Origin: Alphaproteobacteria bacterium
Lineage (GTDB): Bacteria; Pseudomonadota; Alphaproteobacteria; SP197
NCBI GenBank assembly: GCA_965213815.1
Contig: OZ243917.1
Span: 1,882,832 to 1,946,831 of the forward strand
Length of the DNA stretch: 64,000 nt
Direction: 5' to 3'
Shown: in pieces, positions 1 to 9,418 of the stretch
How the letters are laid out: each line of letters opens with the position of its first letter
Position numbering within the stretch: the stretch's first letter is position 1
The notes under the pieces: generated by a model
Databases searched by the model: none
Seen by the model: only the letters and a program-made list of their open reading frames with translations
What the model was told of the DNA's origin: nothing
Program-made: the position numbers and the translations under genes

Positions 1-1602
1 ATCCAGGCGGCGCTGAAGGTGGCTGTCGACATGGTCGGGGAAGGGCTGATCGCGCGTCCAGAAGCGCTGATGAGAATAGACCCACACGATCTCGACCGTC
101 TGCTGCACCCGGTCCCTGATCCATGTGCTCCGCGCCATGTGATCGCCCGTGGCCTGCCCGGTTCGCCGGGCGCGGCCTCAGGCATGGCGGTCTTCCACGC
201 CGACGACGCCCAGGTGCTCGGTGCCGAGGGCCGGGCCGTCATCCTGGTCCGTCCCGAGACCAGTCCGGAGGATATCCATGGCATGCACGCCGCCCGCGGC
301 ATCCTGACCCGCCATGGCGGCCAGACCTCCCATGCGGCTCTGGTGGCCCGGGGCATGGGGCGTCCGTGCGTGACCGGTGCCGGCGGCATTCGGGTCGATC
401 CCCGGCAGGATCTTCTGGTGGCCGGAGACGTGACGGTCAGGAAGGGAGACATCATCACCATCGACGGGTCTACCGGGGAGGTGATTGCCGGCGAGATACC
501 GACCCGGCAGCCGAAGCAGTCCGGGGAGTTCGACACCTTCATGGCGTGGGCCGATGAGGCGAGAACCCTGGGTGTCAGGGCCAATGCCGAGACGCCGGTC
601 GATGCGGCGAGAGCGCGGGAGTTCGGCGCCGACGGCATTGGTCTGTGCCGGACAGAGCACATGTTCTTCGAAGACGGCCGCATCAGCGCCATGCGCGAGA
701 TGATCATGGCCGAGGACGTCGATGGCCGGCGCCGTCCTCTCGAACGAATCCTGCCCATGCAACGCGCCGACCTTGTCGCGCTGTTCCGCACGATGGCGGG
801 CCTGCCCGTGACCGTGCGTCTTCTCGACCCGCCACTGCACGAATTCCTGCCGACCGGTGTGCGCGAACTCGAGGAACTGGCGCGCCGCACCGGGACCGAT
901 GTCGAACATGTGCGGCTGCGCGCCGCTTCGCTGAGGGAACTCAACCCCATGCTCGGACATCGCGGGTGCCGGCTCGGCATCTCCCATCCGGAGATCTACG
1001 ACATGCAGGCGCGCGCCATTCTCGAGGCGGCTCTGGAGGCCGGGCGAGCGGAGGGTGAACCGGTACACCTTGAAATCATGGTGCCGCTTGTGGCCACAGG
1101 ACGCGAACTCGCCATCGTCCGCGAGGCGATAGACGCCGTGGCGGAGGCCGTTGCGGCCGAGACCGGCGAGCGCCCGCACTATCAGGTGGGAACCATGATC
1201 GAGCTGCCCCGCGCCGCCCTTCAGGCGGGAGACATTGCCCGCTCGGCCGACTTCTTCAGTTTCGGAACCAATGACCTGACGCAGACCGTGTTCGGTATCA
1301 GCCGCGATGACTCGGGCCGATTCATCCAACGCTATCTGGAAGAGCGAATTCTCGCCGAAGATCCCTTTGTCACCCTCGATATCGAAGGTGTCGGGGAGTT
1401 TGTGGCGCTCGCCTGCACCAGGGGACGGCGCACAAGAAGCGATCTGGGGCTGGGTATCTGCGGCGAGCATGGCGGCGATCCCGCCTCCATCGCCTTTTGT
1501 CACAGGACGGGCCTTGACTACGTGTCATGCTCCCCCTATCGGATTCCCATTGCCCGCCTGGCCGCAGCCCAGGCGGCCATACGGGAGCGGGGCTCATCAT
1601 GA
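1..1602 (+). CDS. ppdK: pyruvate, phosphate dikinase, C-terminal ~530 aa (5' end outside window)
   Basis: Frame runs in from the window start. PEP-utilising phosphohistidine motif GGQTSHAALVARGMGRPCVTG and a C-terminal PEP-binding TIM-barrel region (…FFSFGTNDLTQ…), typical of PPDK. Confidence 0.9.
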   Translation: MQAALKVAVDMVGEGLIARPEALMRIDPHDLDRLLHPVPDPCAPRHVIARGLPGSPGAASGMAVFHADDAQVLGAEGRAVILVRPETSPEDIHGMHAARGILTRHGGQTSHAALVARGMGRPCVTGAGGIRVDPRQDLLVAGDVTVRKGDIITIDGSTGEVIAGEIPTRQPKQSGEFDTFMAWADEARTLGVRANAETPVDAARAREFGADGIGLCRTEHMFFEDGRISAMREMIMAEDVDGRRRPLERILPMQRADLVALFRTMAGLPVTVRLLDPPLHEFLPTGVRELEELARRTGTDVEHVRLRAASLRELNPMLGHRGCRLGISHPEIYDMQARAILEAALEAGRAEGEPVHLEIMVPLVATGRELAIVREAIDAVAEAVAAETGERPHYQVGTMIELPRAALQAGDIARSADFFSFGTNDLTQTVFGISRDDSGRFIQRYLEERILAEDPFVTLDIEGVGEFVALACTRGRRTRSDLGLGICGEHGGDPASIAFCHRTGLDYVSCSPYRIPIARLAAAQAAIRERGSS

Positions 1603-2300
1603 AGTACCGGGCATTGTCCTTCGATTGCTACGGCACGCTCATCGACTGGGAGCGCGGAATCGGGCAGTGGCTGGGCGCCTGGGGGCACAGGAACGCACTC
1701 GGCATGCGGGAAGAGGAACTGGTCTGCCGCCTGTTCGATGCGCAGATCGTCGAACAGCAGCACACGACGTTCCTTTCCTATCGCAGTGTTCTTTCCCGGT
1801 CCTTCGCACGGCTTTCCGACTCCTGCGGCATTCCCCCAGACGAAGGGGAGTGCGCCCGTTTTGCGGAGAGTGTCGGCGACTGGCCGGCTTTCGATGATTC
1901 GGCACGTTCCCTCGAGGAACTGGCGCGCCAGGGCCGGATCCTGTGCGTGATCTCCAACGTCGACCGGGATCTCTTTGCCGGCAGCGCAGCACGACTCAAG
2001 CGGGAGTTCGATATCCTCGTGACCGCCGAGGACGTCAAGAGTTACAAGCCCGGTCCGCGTCACTTCGAGGCTCTCGTTGCCAGGCTCGCCGAGCGGGGAC
2101 TTGGAGCCAACGACCTGCTTCACGTCGCACACAGCCGGTTCCATGACATTCAAGCGGCAAACGCCCGCGGCTGGACGAGCTGCCGGGTGATCCGCGACGG
2201 TGGGTGGGCGCCGCCGGGAGTTGAGGGCATCGAGGGAACCTTTTCGGTCCCCCACATGGCGGATGTCGTCAAACTCCTCCGGCGCATCGATCCGGCCTGA
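1599..2300 (+). CDS. HAD-superfamily hydrolase (haloacid dehalogenase type II-like)
   Basis: ATG overlaps the ppdK stop (ATGA). N-terminal MKYRALSFDCYGTLIDWE (DxYGTL nucleophile motif) and a C-terminal K-x-P / ...D motif region. Confidence 0.8.
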   Translation: MKYRALSFDCYGTLIDWERGIGQWLGAWGHRNALGMREEELVCRLFDAQIVEQQHTTFLSYRSVLSRSFARLSDSCGIPPDEGECARFAESVGDWPAFDDSARSLEELARQGRILCVISNVDRDLFAGSAARLKREFDILVTAEDVKSYKPGPRHFEALVARLAERGLGANDLLHVAHSRFHDIQAANARGWTSCRVIRDGGWAPPGVEGIEGTFSVPHMADVVKLLRRIDPA

Positions 2301-2341
2301 CCGGCCCTCCGCAGCTGGTCCGGCATGCCTCCTCGAATGCG

Positions 2342-3250
2342 TCAGTCGGCGCCAGCGGAGTCCGCCGGAAACCACCCCGGCCGTTCGGCGACGAGGGCGG
2401 TCGCGCCGGCGCGGATCTCCCTCTTGCCGGCTTCCTCGAGCCGGTCCGTGCGGATGAGTGCGATGCCGGTGGCGTCCCGACTGCTTCTCATCTCGCCGAT
2501 CTCGGTCTTTCCCGCCGTGATCAGCGTACCCGGGTCCGGCAGGCACCCGCCTTCGCTCGAAACGACCCGGTAGAGGCGCCGTCTCACGGTACCACGGTAC
2601 CTGGTGCGCGCCGTCAGTTCCTGCCCGACATAGCAGCCCTTGTTGAAGTCAACGGCATTGAGATGATCGAAGTTGCTCTCAAGGGCAAAGGACTTGCCAA
2701 CGAGGATGTCCAGGGTGGCCTCACCGACCGAAAGCGCCAGGCGGTGCGAATCGTACGCGTCGGCCGGCATGTCGGCGATGTCGGCATAGACGGGACTGTC
2801 TGCGGGATGGATGATGCGGACACCGAGCGCCGCCAGTCTGGGATCGATCATGATGATGGCGCGTTCGGCCAGACGGGCATTTCCGGAGCGGGAGACGAGG
2901 CGGGCGATCCGGGCTGCCTCGTCGCCGATGAGGGCGTTGACGCGCCAGTCTTCGCTGACGTCGCGAATGCGCACCTTCGCGCGCAGCCGGTAGAAGTCGA
3001 GGCGCTCGTGAAGAGCGTCAAGACGGTCCCGTCTGGTGTCGAGGAGAAGGCCGCCTTCGCCATCTTCGGCAATGATGAAATCGAAGAGAAACTTCCCCTG
3101 GGGTGTCAGCAGGGCGGCATAGATGGCGCACCCCCGGTCCACCTGGTCGATGTCGTTGGTGATGATGCCCTGGAGGAACGGGCGCGCTTCCGGACCGTCG
3201 ATGGCAAGAATGCCGCGCCCCTCAAGGGCGATACGCACTGTGTCCGTCAT
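2342..3250 (-). CDS. ygfZ: YgfZ/CAF17-family folate-binding Fe-S cluster repair protein
   Basis: Signature KGCYVGQE motif and an aminomethyltransferase-like fold. GGAGG Shine-Dalgarno 7 nt before the ATG at 3250 (MTDTVRIALEG…). Confidence 0.8.
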   Translation of the reverse strand: MTDTVRIALEGRGILAIDGPEARPFLQGIITNDIDQVDRGCAIYAALLTPQGKFLFDFIIAEDGEGGLLLDTRRDRLDALHERLDFYRLRAKVRIRDVSEDWRVNALIGDEAARIARLVSRSGNARLAERAIIMIDPRLAALGVRIIHPADSPVYADIADMPADAYDSHRLALSVGEATLDILVGKSFALESNFDHLNAVDFNKGCYVGQELTARTRYRGTVRRRLYRVVSSEGGCLPDPGTLITAGKTEIGEMRSSRDATGIALIRTDRLEEAGKREIRAGATALVAERPGWFPADSAGAD

Positions 3251-3399
3251 CCCCGTATCCTCCGGATCCTGAATTGGGGCAAGGATGGCGATGACGACGC
3301 CCTGCGGCAAGTCCCCCGGAGACCGCGCGCCGGATTGCAGGGGTTGCCTGAACCGACCGGGAGCGGTTCACTGTCTGGCTCACGCCCCCCTGGTGGACG

Positions 3400-4443
3400 A
3401 TGAAGATCCTCTTTCTCGACGATTCCTTTGCCTTCGACGGCTACTCGCCGCGTAACGATCCCATGGGCGGTGCGCAGAAGGGCCTGGTCTTTCTCGCCGA
3501 GGCCCTGGCCCGGCGTCACCACGAGGTCACTGTGATGAACCGCTGTGATGGCGCCCGTACCATCCGCGGTGTTTTCTGGCGCAACATCGGCGAAACAGAG
3601 GCACCCGACGCCGATCTGGTCGTGGCGCTGAGGCAGGCGCGGCTTCTGGAGAAGGTTCCCTCCGGCCGGTGCCGTATGCTCTGGGTGGCCGACCAGCTCG
3701 ACGATGACGGCGTGGCGGCGCTCGCATCGAAGACCGAAACCTGCCGGATCGACCGTCTCGTTTTCATGGGCGAGCACCATGTGTCGTCATGGAGCGCCGA
3801 TCAAGGTCTGGTTGCGGTCATGCGTCCGGGCATTGCTCCGGCCTACCTTGTGGGCGAGCCCCCTCAGGGGTACTGGCCGCCCAGGGCGGTGACCACCATG
3901 CATCCGCGCGGCGGCCTCGCCTGGCTCCTTGACCTGTGGGTCGACAAGATCCATCCCATGATTGACGAGGCGGAGCTTCATGTCTTTTCCGGATTGCTCG
4001 CCAGGGCCGCCTCGGGCAAGACGGTGGAGGGCGATCTCACATCGCTGTGGCGCCGCATTGAGGGTCTCGCCGGCTCCGGCGTGGTGGTCCGGCGGCCGCT
4101 TGCGGATGCCGATATGGCCCGGGAGTTCCGCCATGCCCGTGTCCATCTTCATCCCGGCTCGTTGCGTGAGGCCTACGTGGCGACGCTTGCCGAGTCCCAG
4201 GCAACCGGTTGTCCGGGTGTGGCGTTCAGGGCCGGAGCGGCCGTGGAGCGTATCAAGGACAGCAGGACGGGGTTCCTGGTGCCCGATGACGCCGCCTTTG
4301 CCAATTGCGCCATCCTCTGCCTCAAGGAGGAACTCGTCTATCGCGGCCGTTCGAAAGACGCCGCCGATCTGCAGCGGGACAGGTCCTGGGACGACGCGGC
4401 GGGCGAACTCGAAACGCTTCACGACGCCGTGGTGAGCCAGTGA
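3400..4443 (+). CDS. GT1/GT4-family glycosyltransferase (probable LPS core)
   Basis: 347 aa. Typical GT-B C-terminal domain (…GCPGVAFRAGAAVERIKDSRTGFLVPDD…). Overlaps the next heptosyltransferase gene (GTGA). Confidence 0.8.
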   Translation: MKILFLDDSFAFDGYSPRNDPMGGAQKGLVFLAEALARRHHEVTVMNRCDGARTIRGVFWRNIGETEAPDADLVVALRQARLLEKVPSGRCRMLWVADQLDDDGVAALASKTETCRIDRLVFMGEHHVSSWSADQGLVAVMRPGIAPAYLVGEPPQGYWPPRAVTTMHPRGGLAWLLDLWVDKIHPMIDEAELHVFSGLLARAASGKTVEGDLTSLWRRIEGLAGSGVVVRRPLADADMAREFRHARVHLHPGSLREAYVATLAESQATGCPGVAFRAGAAVERIKDSRTGFLVPDDAAFANCAILCLKEELVYRGRSKDAADLQRDRSWDDAAGELETLHDAVVSQ

Positions 4444-5327
4444 AATTGCTCTTCATCACGTCGACCCGGCTGGGTGATGCGGTTCTTTCGACGGGACTGC
4501 TCGATCATCTGGTGGCTGCTGACGGGGTCGAGACGACCGTCGTGTGCGGGCCGGTGGCTGCGGAACTCTTCGCATGCCTGCCCGGCCTGGAGCGGGTGAT
4601 CGTTCTCGACAAGGAGCCGCGCAAGGGGCACTGGTTCGGCCTGTGGCGGCAGACAGTGGGCACCTGGTGGGATCTCGTGGTCGACCTCAGAGCGTCGGCG
4701 GTGCCCTTCATTCTCCTGCGGAACATGCGACGCACCAAGTTCAGGGGCGGAGACGGTCATCGCGTCGAGAGCCTGGCGCGCTGGTATGGCGTCGAACCAG
4801 TGCCGCCGCCAAGGGTATGGACCAACGGGGTTCACCGCAGCCATGCCGCTCGACTTGTGCCCCCGGGAGGCCCGGTGCTCGGACTCGCTCCGACCGCCAG
4901 CGGTCGCGGGAAGATCTGGCCCTGGAAGAACTACGTCGCGCTGGCACGACGGCTGACGTCCGCCGATGGCGCGCTGGCGGGCGGGCGCGTCGTCATCATG
5001 GGAGGACCAGCCGAACATGAACTCACCGGACCCGTCGTCGAGGCGCTGCCGTGTGAGACCACCTCGGATCTGACCGGCAGTGAACATCTCCTCACCCTCG
5101 CCGAAGTGATGCGGCGATGCACCGTCGTGATCGCCAACGACAGCGGACTGATGCATCTCGCGGCCGCCAGCGGAGCACCGACGGTCGGCCTCTTCGGCCC
5201 GAGTCCGGTAGAAACCTATGCTCCCTGGGGCCAACACGCGGCGGTGGTCACAAGCGCAACCGGGTCCATGAACGACATCACCGTCGATGCCGTGGAACAC
5301 ACTGTCGGCGAACTTCTCGACCGCTGA
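4440..5327 (+). CDS. GT9-family ADP-heptose:LPS heptosyltransferase
   Basis: GTG start overlapping the upstream stop. Motifs …LGLAPTASGRGKIWP… and DSGLMHLAAASGAPTVGLFGPS are characteristic of RfaC/RfaF-like GT9. Confidence 0.8.
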   Translation: MKLLFITSTRLGDAVLSTGLLDHLVAADGVETTVVCGPVAAELFACLPGLERVIVLDKEPRKGHWFGLWRQTVGTWWDLVVDLRASAVPFILLRNMRRTKFRGGDGHRVESLARWYGVEPVPPPRVWTNGVHRSHAARLVPPGGPVLGLAPTASGRGKIWPWKNYVALARRLTSADGALAGGRVVIMGGPAEHELTGPVVEALPCETTSDLTGSEHLLTLAEVMRRCTVVIANDSGLMHLAAASGAPTVGLFGPSPVETYAPWGQHAAVVTSATGSMNDITVDAVEHTVGELLDR

Positions 5328-5638
5328 TCCACCGTTCAAGGCATGTTGGCCACCTCCGCATTCCGGTTCGAGCCGGGCATTCAGGATATTCTCTCGTTTC
5401 GGGCATGGCAGGCGCTCGATCTGACGGTCTCACCGGGCTGCTTCGTCTACCCCGTACCGCGGGTGAAGGACCGCTTCCCGACCTTCGTTGCGATGTTCGG
5501 GGCGAATGCGTCAGGCAAGACGAACGTCATGCGGTCCTCGCAGGCGTCGCCGGCGAAGACACGACCGTCGATGTCACAGTTCCGCGGAGAGGGTCAGGAT
5601 GAGGAGCCGACCGAGTTCGAAATGGAAACGATGTTCGT

Positions 5639-6388
5639 TCATGTTGTCAGGGGCAGGGTCTGGCCCTGCCGGGCGAGGGCGGCGCCGGGGGCGAGACGCT
5701 GCAGCGCCTCTTCGCGTATGGCGAGGTCGTCATCCGAAAGACCCGGGGGGTGATCTGTGATCACCAGTCGCCTGGCGGGTGAGTTGCGCGCGATGAGGTC
5801 CATGCTGTCGCCGGCGCCGCCGGCGATCAGCAGGCCGGCACCGCGGGCGAAGTCGCTGATCACGTCCGCGTCGTCATGGCAGGTCATGCCCGCCGCCCAG
5901 GCGAGCGACCAGTCATCGCCGTCGAAACGGTACGCCGTTCCAGGCATCGTCCCGCCGAGGGCCATGGTGGTGACCGTGAGACCTGGAGCGAGCACAACGG
6001 GTGTGCCCGCCTCAAGGTCATGGAACGTGACGGTGGCGTTGAAGATATCGGGGGAGACAGGGAACACGGGATCGGACATCAGCCGCCGGAGTTCCGATCT
6101 GACGACCCCACCGGCGCTGTAGAGCGTGAAGCGGTTGTCGGCCGAAAAGGCCGGGGCGAAGAACGGGATTCCGATGGTGCGAACGACGGTGGGCCGGCTG
6201 AAGAAGACATGCCCCTCCAGGGGGCCCTTGCCGAGCAGCGACAGTCCGCAATCGCGCATGCCGGAGCCGGCATCGAGAATCAGCAGCGTGTCGCCCGCGG
6301 CGACAGCGATACACGTCGAGTGACCGCCGAATGTCCGGGTCGCCGGCCCGTCCTGGGGAGCGGAGCGGACGCCGTGGAAGGTCACCAC
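5639..6388 (-). CDS. MBL-fold metallo-hydrolase (start uncertain)
   Basis: …VTFHGVRS…GGHSTCIAVAAGDTLLILDAGSG… beta-lactamase-fold N-terminus. The ORF's 5' extension overlaps the UGSC gene, so a GTG near 6388 is the likely start. Confidence 0.5.
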   Translation of the reverse strand: MVTFHGVRSAPQDGPATRTFGGHSTCIAVAAGDTLLILDAGSGMRDCGLSLLGKGPLEGHVFFSRPTVVRTIGIPFFAPAFSADNRFTLYSAGGVVRSELRRLMSDPVFPVSPDIFNATVTFHDLEAGTPVVLAPGLTVTTMALGGTMPGTAYRFDGDDWSLAWAAGMTCHDDADVISDFARGAGLLIAGGAGDSMDLIARNSPARRLVITDHPPGLSDDDLAIREEALQRLAPGAALARQGQTLPLTT

Positions 6389-6410
6389 CGGCCCGCTGGC
6401 CGGCTGCCGG

Positions 6411-6929
6411 TCAGGTTCGGGTGAGGGCGCCAACGACGGCGTCGACGATGTCTTCGGCGCGGCCACGCAGTTCAGCCTCGTTCAGGGGCTGAACCGGATG
6501 ACGGACATACACCACGGCCGGGTCAAAGCCATGAAGGCCGCTCCACGACGCGACCCCGCTTGCGAATTCCTCGGATACCAGCGCCACTGCCGGCGTTTCC
6601 ATGCGATCGATGTCCAGCATGTCCTGCAGACTGCACGACGTACAGGAACCTCAATCGGCAAGACCTTCAACCACGGCATCGCACTCGGCGGTGACCCGGT
6701 CGATCACCTCCGGGGGCGCCGGCTTGGTGAATGTCGGCTTGGCGTAGCGACCGGTGCGGATACCGCGCTCGCCAAGCAGCCTTTCAAGGTGATCGAGAAC
6801 GACATCGCCTTGGCGTTTGCCGATGTCGAGCAGACCGACGGTGAGACCCTCGAGGGACCGGTGTCCGGCCACACGCTGGCGCCCCGATGTGGCCCGCGCC
6901 ACGGTGGGATCAAGAAGAATCGTGGTCAA
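6411..6929 (-). CDS. UGSC-family selenoprotein; the in-frame TGA at 6651-6653 is read as selenocysteine
   Basis: Two ORFs (6651..6980 and 6411..6620) lie in the same frame, separated only by a TGA. The codons after it give G-S-C-T-S-C-S, forming the U-G-S-C motif. A TTG start at 6929 overlaps the upstream gene's TGA (TTGA). An AAGGGAGGTG Shine-Dalgarno sits 5 nt upstream. Confidence 0.7.
6590..6650 (-). ncRNA. candidate bacterial SECIS element immediately 3' of the Sec-UGA
   Basis: The mRNA after the UGA reads GGUUCCUGUACGUCGUGCAGUCUGCAGGACAUGCUGGACAUCGAUCGCAUGG. It contains short inverted repeats (CCUG…CAGG; CAUGC…GCAUG) that could form the required hairpin. No folding was done. Confidence 0.3.
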
Positions 6930-8272
6930 GGCTCCACCTCCCTTGTGACGGGTTGGCTCCCCCTGGGGCCGCTTCCCCATCCCTGGATGATAGTGGAAAA
7001 GAGTCCGGCATGGCTACCGGCGCGTGTGACGAGAAGATCGCCGGGCTCCAGCATGGGCGTGGCATCATGAAGGGCGGCTTCGACTCGCGCCCGGTTCCAG
7101 CCTGATTCCCGGAAGATGCGCCAGAACTCGCCGGCGATGACCAGCAGAGCCCCGTTGCCACCCGGGCACATCGCCTCGAGTGATCGTGCCAGGCTGGCCA
7201 CGAGATCCTCCGCCGTACGCGCTCTGTCGTCGTCCATGATCGTGGTGCCACAGAACCCGAAGACGGTGACAGCCGACTGTCCCTCGCCCCGTCCCCTTGA
7301 GGCGGCCAGGGACTGCCAGAGCGGGTCACTCTCGTCCTCGGCAAAACACAGGCCGTGCTTGCCGGGGTGGCCCAGGGTCGAGCGATCGACGCCCCCCGGC
7401 CGGGCGCCGCCTGCATTCATGGCGATGAGGACAAGCGCGCGTGCAATGGTGGCGTTGGCCCGGGTCCCGTGGCCGAGGGCGTTGGTTCCGCTGTTGAGAC
7501 CGATCCGCCGGGCGATGGGTCCGTTGACGATGACGGCGACACCCGCCCCCATGGTGGTCGACAACAGACCCTGCCAGGCGAAGTCGGGATCGAGCGCCGC
7601 GTCCAGCGCGGCCAGCACCACGGGAAAATACGCGGGACGGCACCCTGCCATGACCGCGTTGATGGCGGCTTTCTCCACCGTCAGTTCCGCCCCCGCCGGA
7701 GGAATCGAGCCCAGGACATGATTGTGCGCCAGGGTGCATTCGCGCAGCATGGCGAGGACGCGCCCCGGCGTCGGCGGCACCACGGGAAGGCCATCGGACC
7801 ATCCGCGGACGTCCATGATCTCGAAGGAATCTTCGGGAAACCGCACGGTGAGGGTCGCGGCATCGAGACCGGTTTCGCCGTGGCGCGCCCTGAGTTCCTC
7901 TGCCCAGCCCGCTTCCTCGCTCAGGGACCCGCATCCCGGTCGTTCGTCCGGCAGACCGGGGCCAAGGTCGTCAAGGCCGGCAAGAGAGCACCACTCCTGC
8001 CTCGACCAGCCGATAGTCCGCGCCGTCTCCACGCCGTCGGTGAAGCGCACCAGCGTTGGCACGATGGAGACGGCGAGGCGATAAGAGACCTCAAGGTCGC
8101 GGTCATCGCGAACCTGCAGGCGTTCGGGAAAGTCGGGGTTGTCCTGCGAGTAGATGGCGGCCATGACGCCGCGTGCCTCGAGTTCCGCGGCCACCGGCGC
8201 AATCAGCCGGCAAGTCGGGCAGTCCTCGCGAAGAACCAGGACAAGGCCGTCTTCGGGAATATCACTCGACAT
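6926..8272 (-). CDS. thioredoxin-fold (CPTC) domain fused to a ~330-aa uncharacterised C-terminal domain
   Basis: 448 aa. N-terminal …VLREDCPTCRLIAPV… is a thioredoxin-like CxxC. The rest has no motif I recognise. The stop overlaps the TTG start of the UGSC selenoprotein gene. Confidence 0.6.
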   Translation of the reverse strand: MSSDIPEDGLVLVLREDCPTCRLIAPVAAELEARGVMAAIYSQDNPDFPERLQVRDDRDLEVSYRLAVSIVPTLVRFTDGVETARTIGWSRQEWCSLAGLDDLGPGLPDERPGCGSLSEEAGWAEELRARHGETGLDAATLTVRFPEDSFEIMDVRGWSDGLPVVPPTPGRVLAMLRECTLAHNHVLGSIPPAGAELTVEKAAINAVMAGCRPAYFPVVLAALDAALDPDFAWQGLLSTTMGAGVAVIVNGPIARRIGLNSGTNALGHGTRANATIARALVLIAMNAGGARPGGVDRSTLGHPGKHGLCFAEDESDPLWQSLAASRGRGEGQSAVTVFGFCGTTIMDDDRARTAEDLVASLARSLEAMCPGGNGALLVIAGEFWRIFRESGWNRARVEAALHDATPMLEPGDLLVTRAGSHAGLFSTIIQGWGSGPRGSQPVTREVEP

Positions 8273-8328
8273 GGCGTTTCCAGTCCGTGCTACGCTTCAG
8301 GCTATGCGTATTGATGAGGGAAGAGGGC

Positions 8329-8679
8329 ATGAGCGAAATCCAGCGTTTGCAACCGGGTGAACTCTACAGCGGGGCCGTCATCCATGGCGACACGGTCTGG
8401 CTCTCCGGCAAGGTGGCTTCCGATTCCACGGGCGATGTCCGCCAGCAGACCCGGGATATCCTGGACGAGATCGACTCCACGCTCGAGGCATGCGGCACGT
8501 CACGATCACGGCTTCTCTCGGTGCAGATCTGGCTTGCCGACATCGCCGACTGGGCAGCCATGAACGAGGTCTACACCGCCTGGGTCGATCCCGGCAACAA
8601 ACCGTGCCGCGCCACGGTCGAGGCGGCCCTCGCACATCCCGACCTGCTGGTGGAAATCATGTGCGTGGCGGCCCGATAG
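8329..8679 (+). CDS. ridA: RidA/YjgF-family reactive-intermediate deaminase
   Basis: MSEIQRL… and …ARATVEAALAHPDLLVEIMCVA C-terminus typical of RidA. Internal ATG with GAGGG Shine-Dalgarno. Confidence 0.85.
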   Translation: MSEIQRLQPGELYSGAVIHGDTVWLSGKVASDSTGDVRQQTRDILDEIDSTLEACGTSRSRLLSVQIWLADIADWAAMNEVYTAWVDPGNKPCRATVEAALAHPDLLVEIMCVAAR

Positions 8680-8680
8680 A

Positions 8681-9418
8681 TCAGCGGCACGCCGTCGCTC
8701 CCCCGTCGATGGAGAGAAGCGCTCCGGTCATGAACTTCTGATCGGGATCGGCGAGGAAGCAGATGGCGTCGGCAATCTCGTCCGGCGAGGCGATGGTCTT
8801 CATCGGCGAGAACTCGGCAATGCCGCGCAGGGTTTCCGCATCATCGCCGGCGCCGAGCATATCGGTCATGACCGCTCCCGGACACACCGCATTGACCCTG
8901 ATGGCGGGCGCAAGATCGTGGGCGAGGGCCCGCGTCATGTTCACGACCGCCCCCTTGGAGGTGCAGTAGAGAGCACTTTCGTGATTGCCTGAGAGGCCGG
9001 ATTCCGATGCCGTCATGACGATGGTCCCGTTGTTGCGGCGCAAGGCCGGGATCGCCGCCTGGCTGCAGAAGAAGCAGCCCTTGACGTTGATGTCCATCAG
9101 CCAGGAGAAGGTGTCGTCACTCACCTCCTCGACAGGCCCCCCGACATAGACTCCGGCGTTGTTGACGAGAACATCGAGACCGCCCAGCCCGTTGATTGCC
9201 GCATTGACAACCTCGTGGCAGGCGCCGCCGCTGCCGAGGTCGCCGGGCGCAGCGACCAGGCCCTCACCGCCGAGGCCGGCGATGGCGGCTGCGACATCGT
9301 CGGCCCTGCGACCGTTGATGGCAACGCGGGCACCCCGTGTCAGGAAGGCTCGCGCCGTGGCGAGGCCGATACCCCTTGTCGAACCGGTGACGAGGACGCG
9401 TTTTCCTTTGAAAGTCAT
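8681..9418 (-). CDS. SDR-family oxidoreductase
   Basis: N-terminal Rossmann motif VLVTGSTRGIG, an NNAG motif and a Y-x3-K catalytic region (YCTSKGAV). Confidence 0.85.
   Translation of the reverse strand: MTFKGKRVLVTGSTRGIGLATARAFLTRGARVAINGRRADDVAAAIAGLGGEGLVAAPGDLGSGGACHEVVNAAINGLGGLDVLVNNAGVYVGGPVEEVSDDTFSWLMDINVKGCFFCSQAAIPALRRNNGTIVMTASESGLSGNHESALYCTSKGAVVNMTRALAHDLAPAIRVNAVCPGAVMTDMLGAGDDAETLRGIAEFSPMKTIASPDEIADAICFLADPDQKFMTGALLSIDGGATACR

Noticed and set aside
178-1503. 441-aa minus-strand ORF opposite ppdK
   Set aside because: Antisense ORF inside a confidently identified gene. It has Arg/Gly/Pro-rich composition typical of out-of-frame translation of high-GC DNA.
5652-5670. GGCAGGG-TCTGG-CCCTGCC hairpin as a convergent terminator
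   Set aside because: It lies inside the last codons of the MBL-fold ORF and has no flanking T-tract on either strand.
7355-8314. 319-aa plus-strand ORF overlapping the thioredoxin-fusion gene
   Set aside because: Antisense to a better-supported gene. It has no motifs and a high-GC artefact composition.
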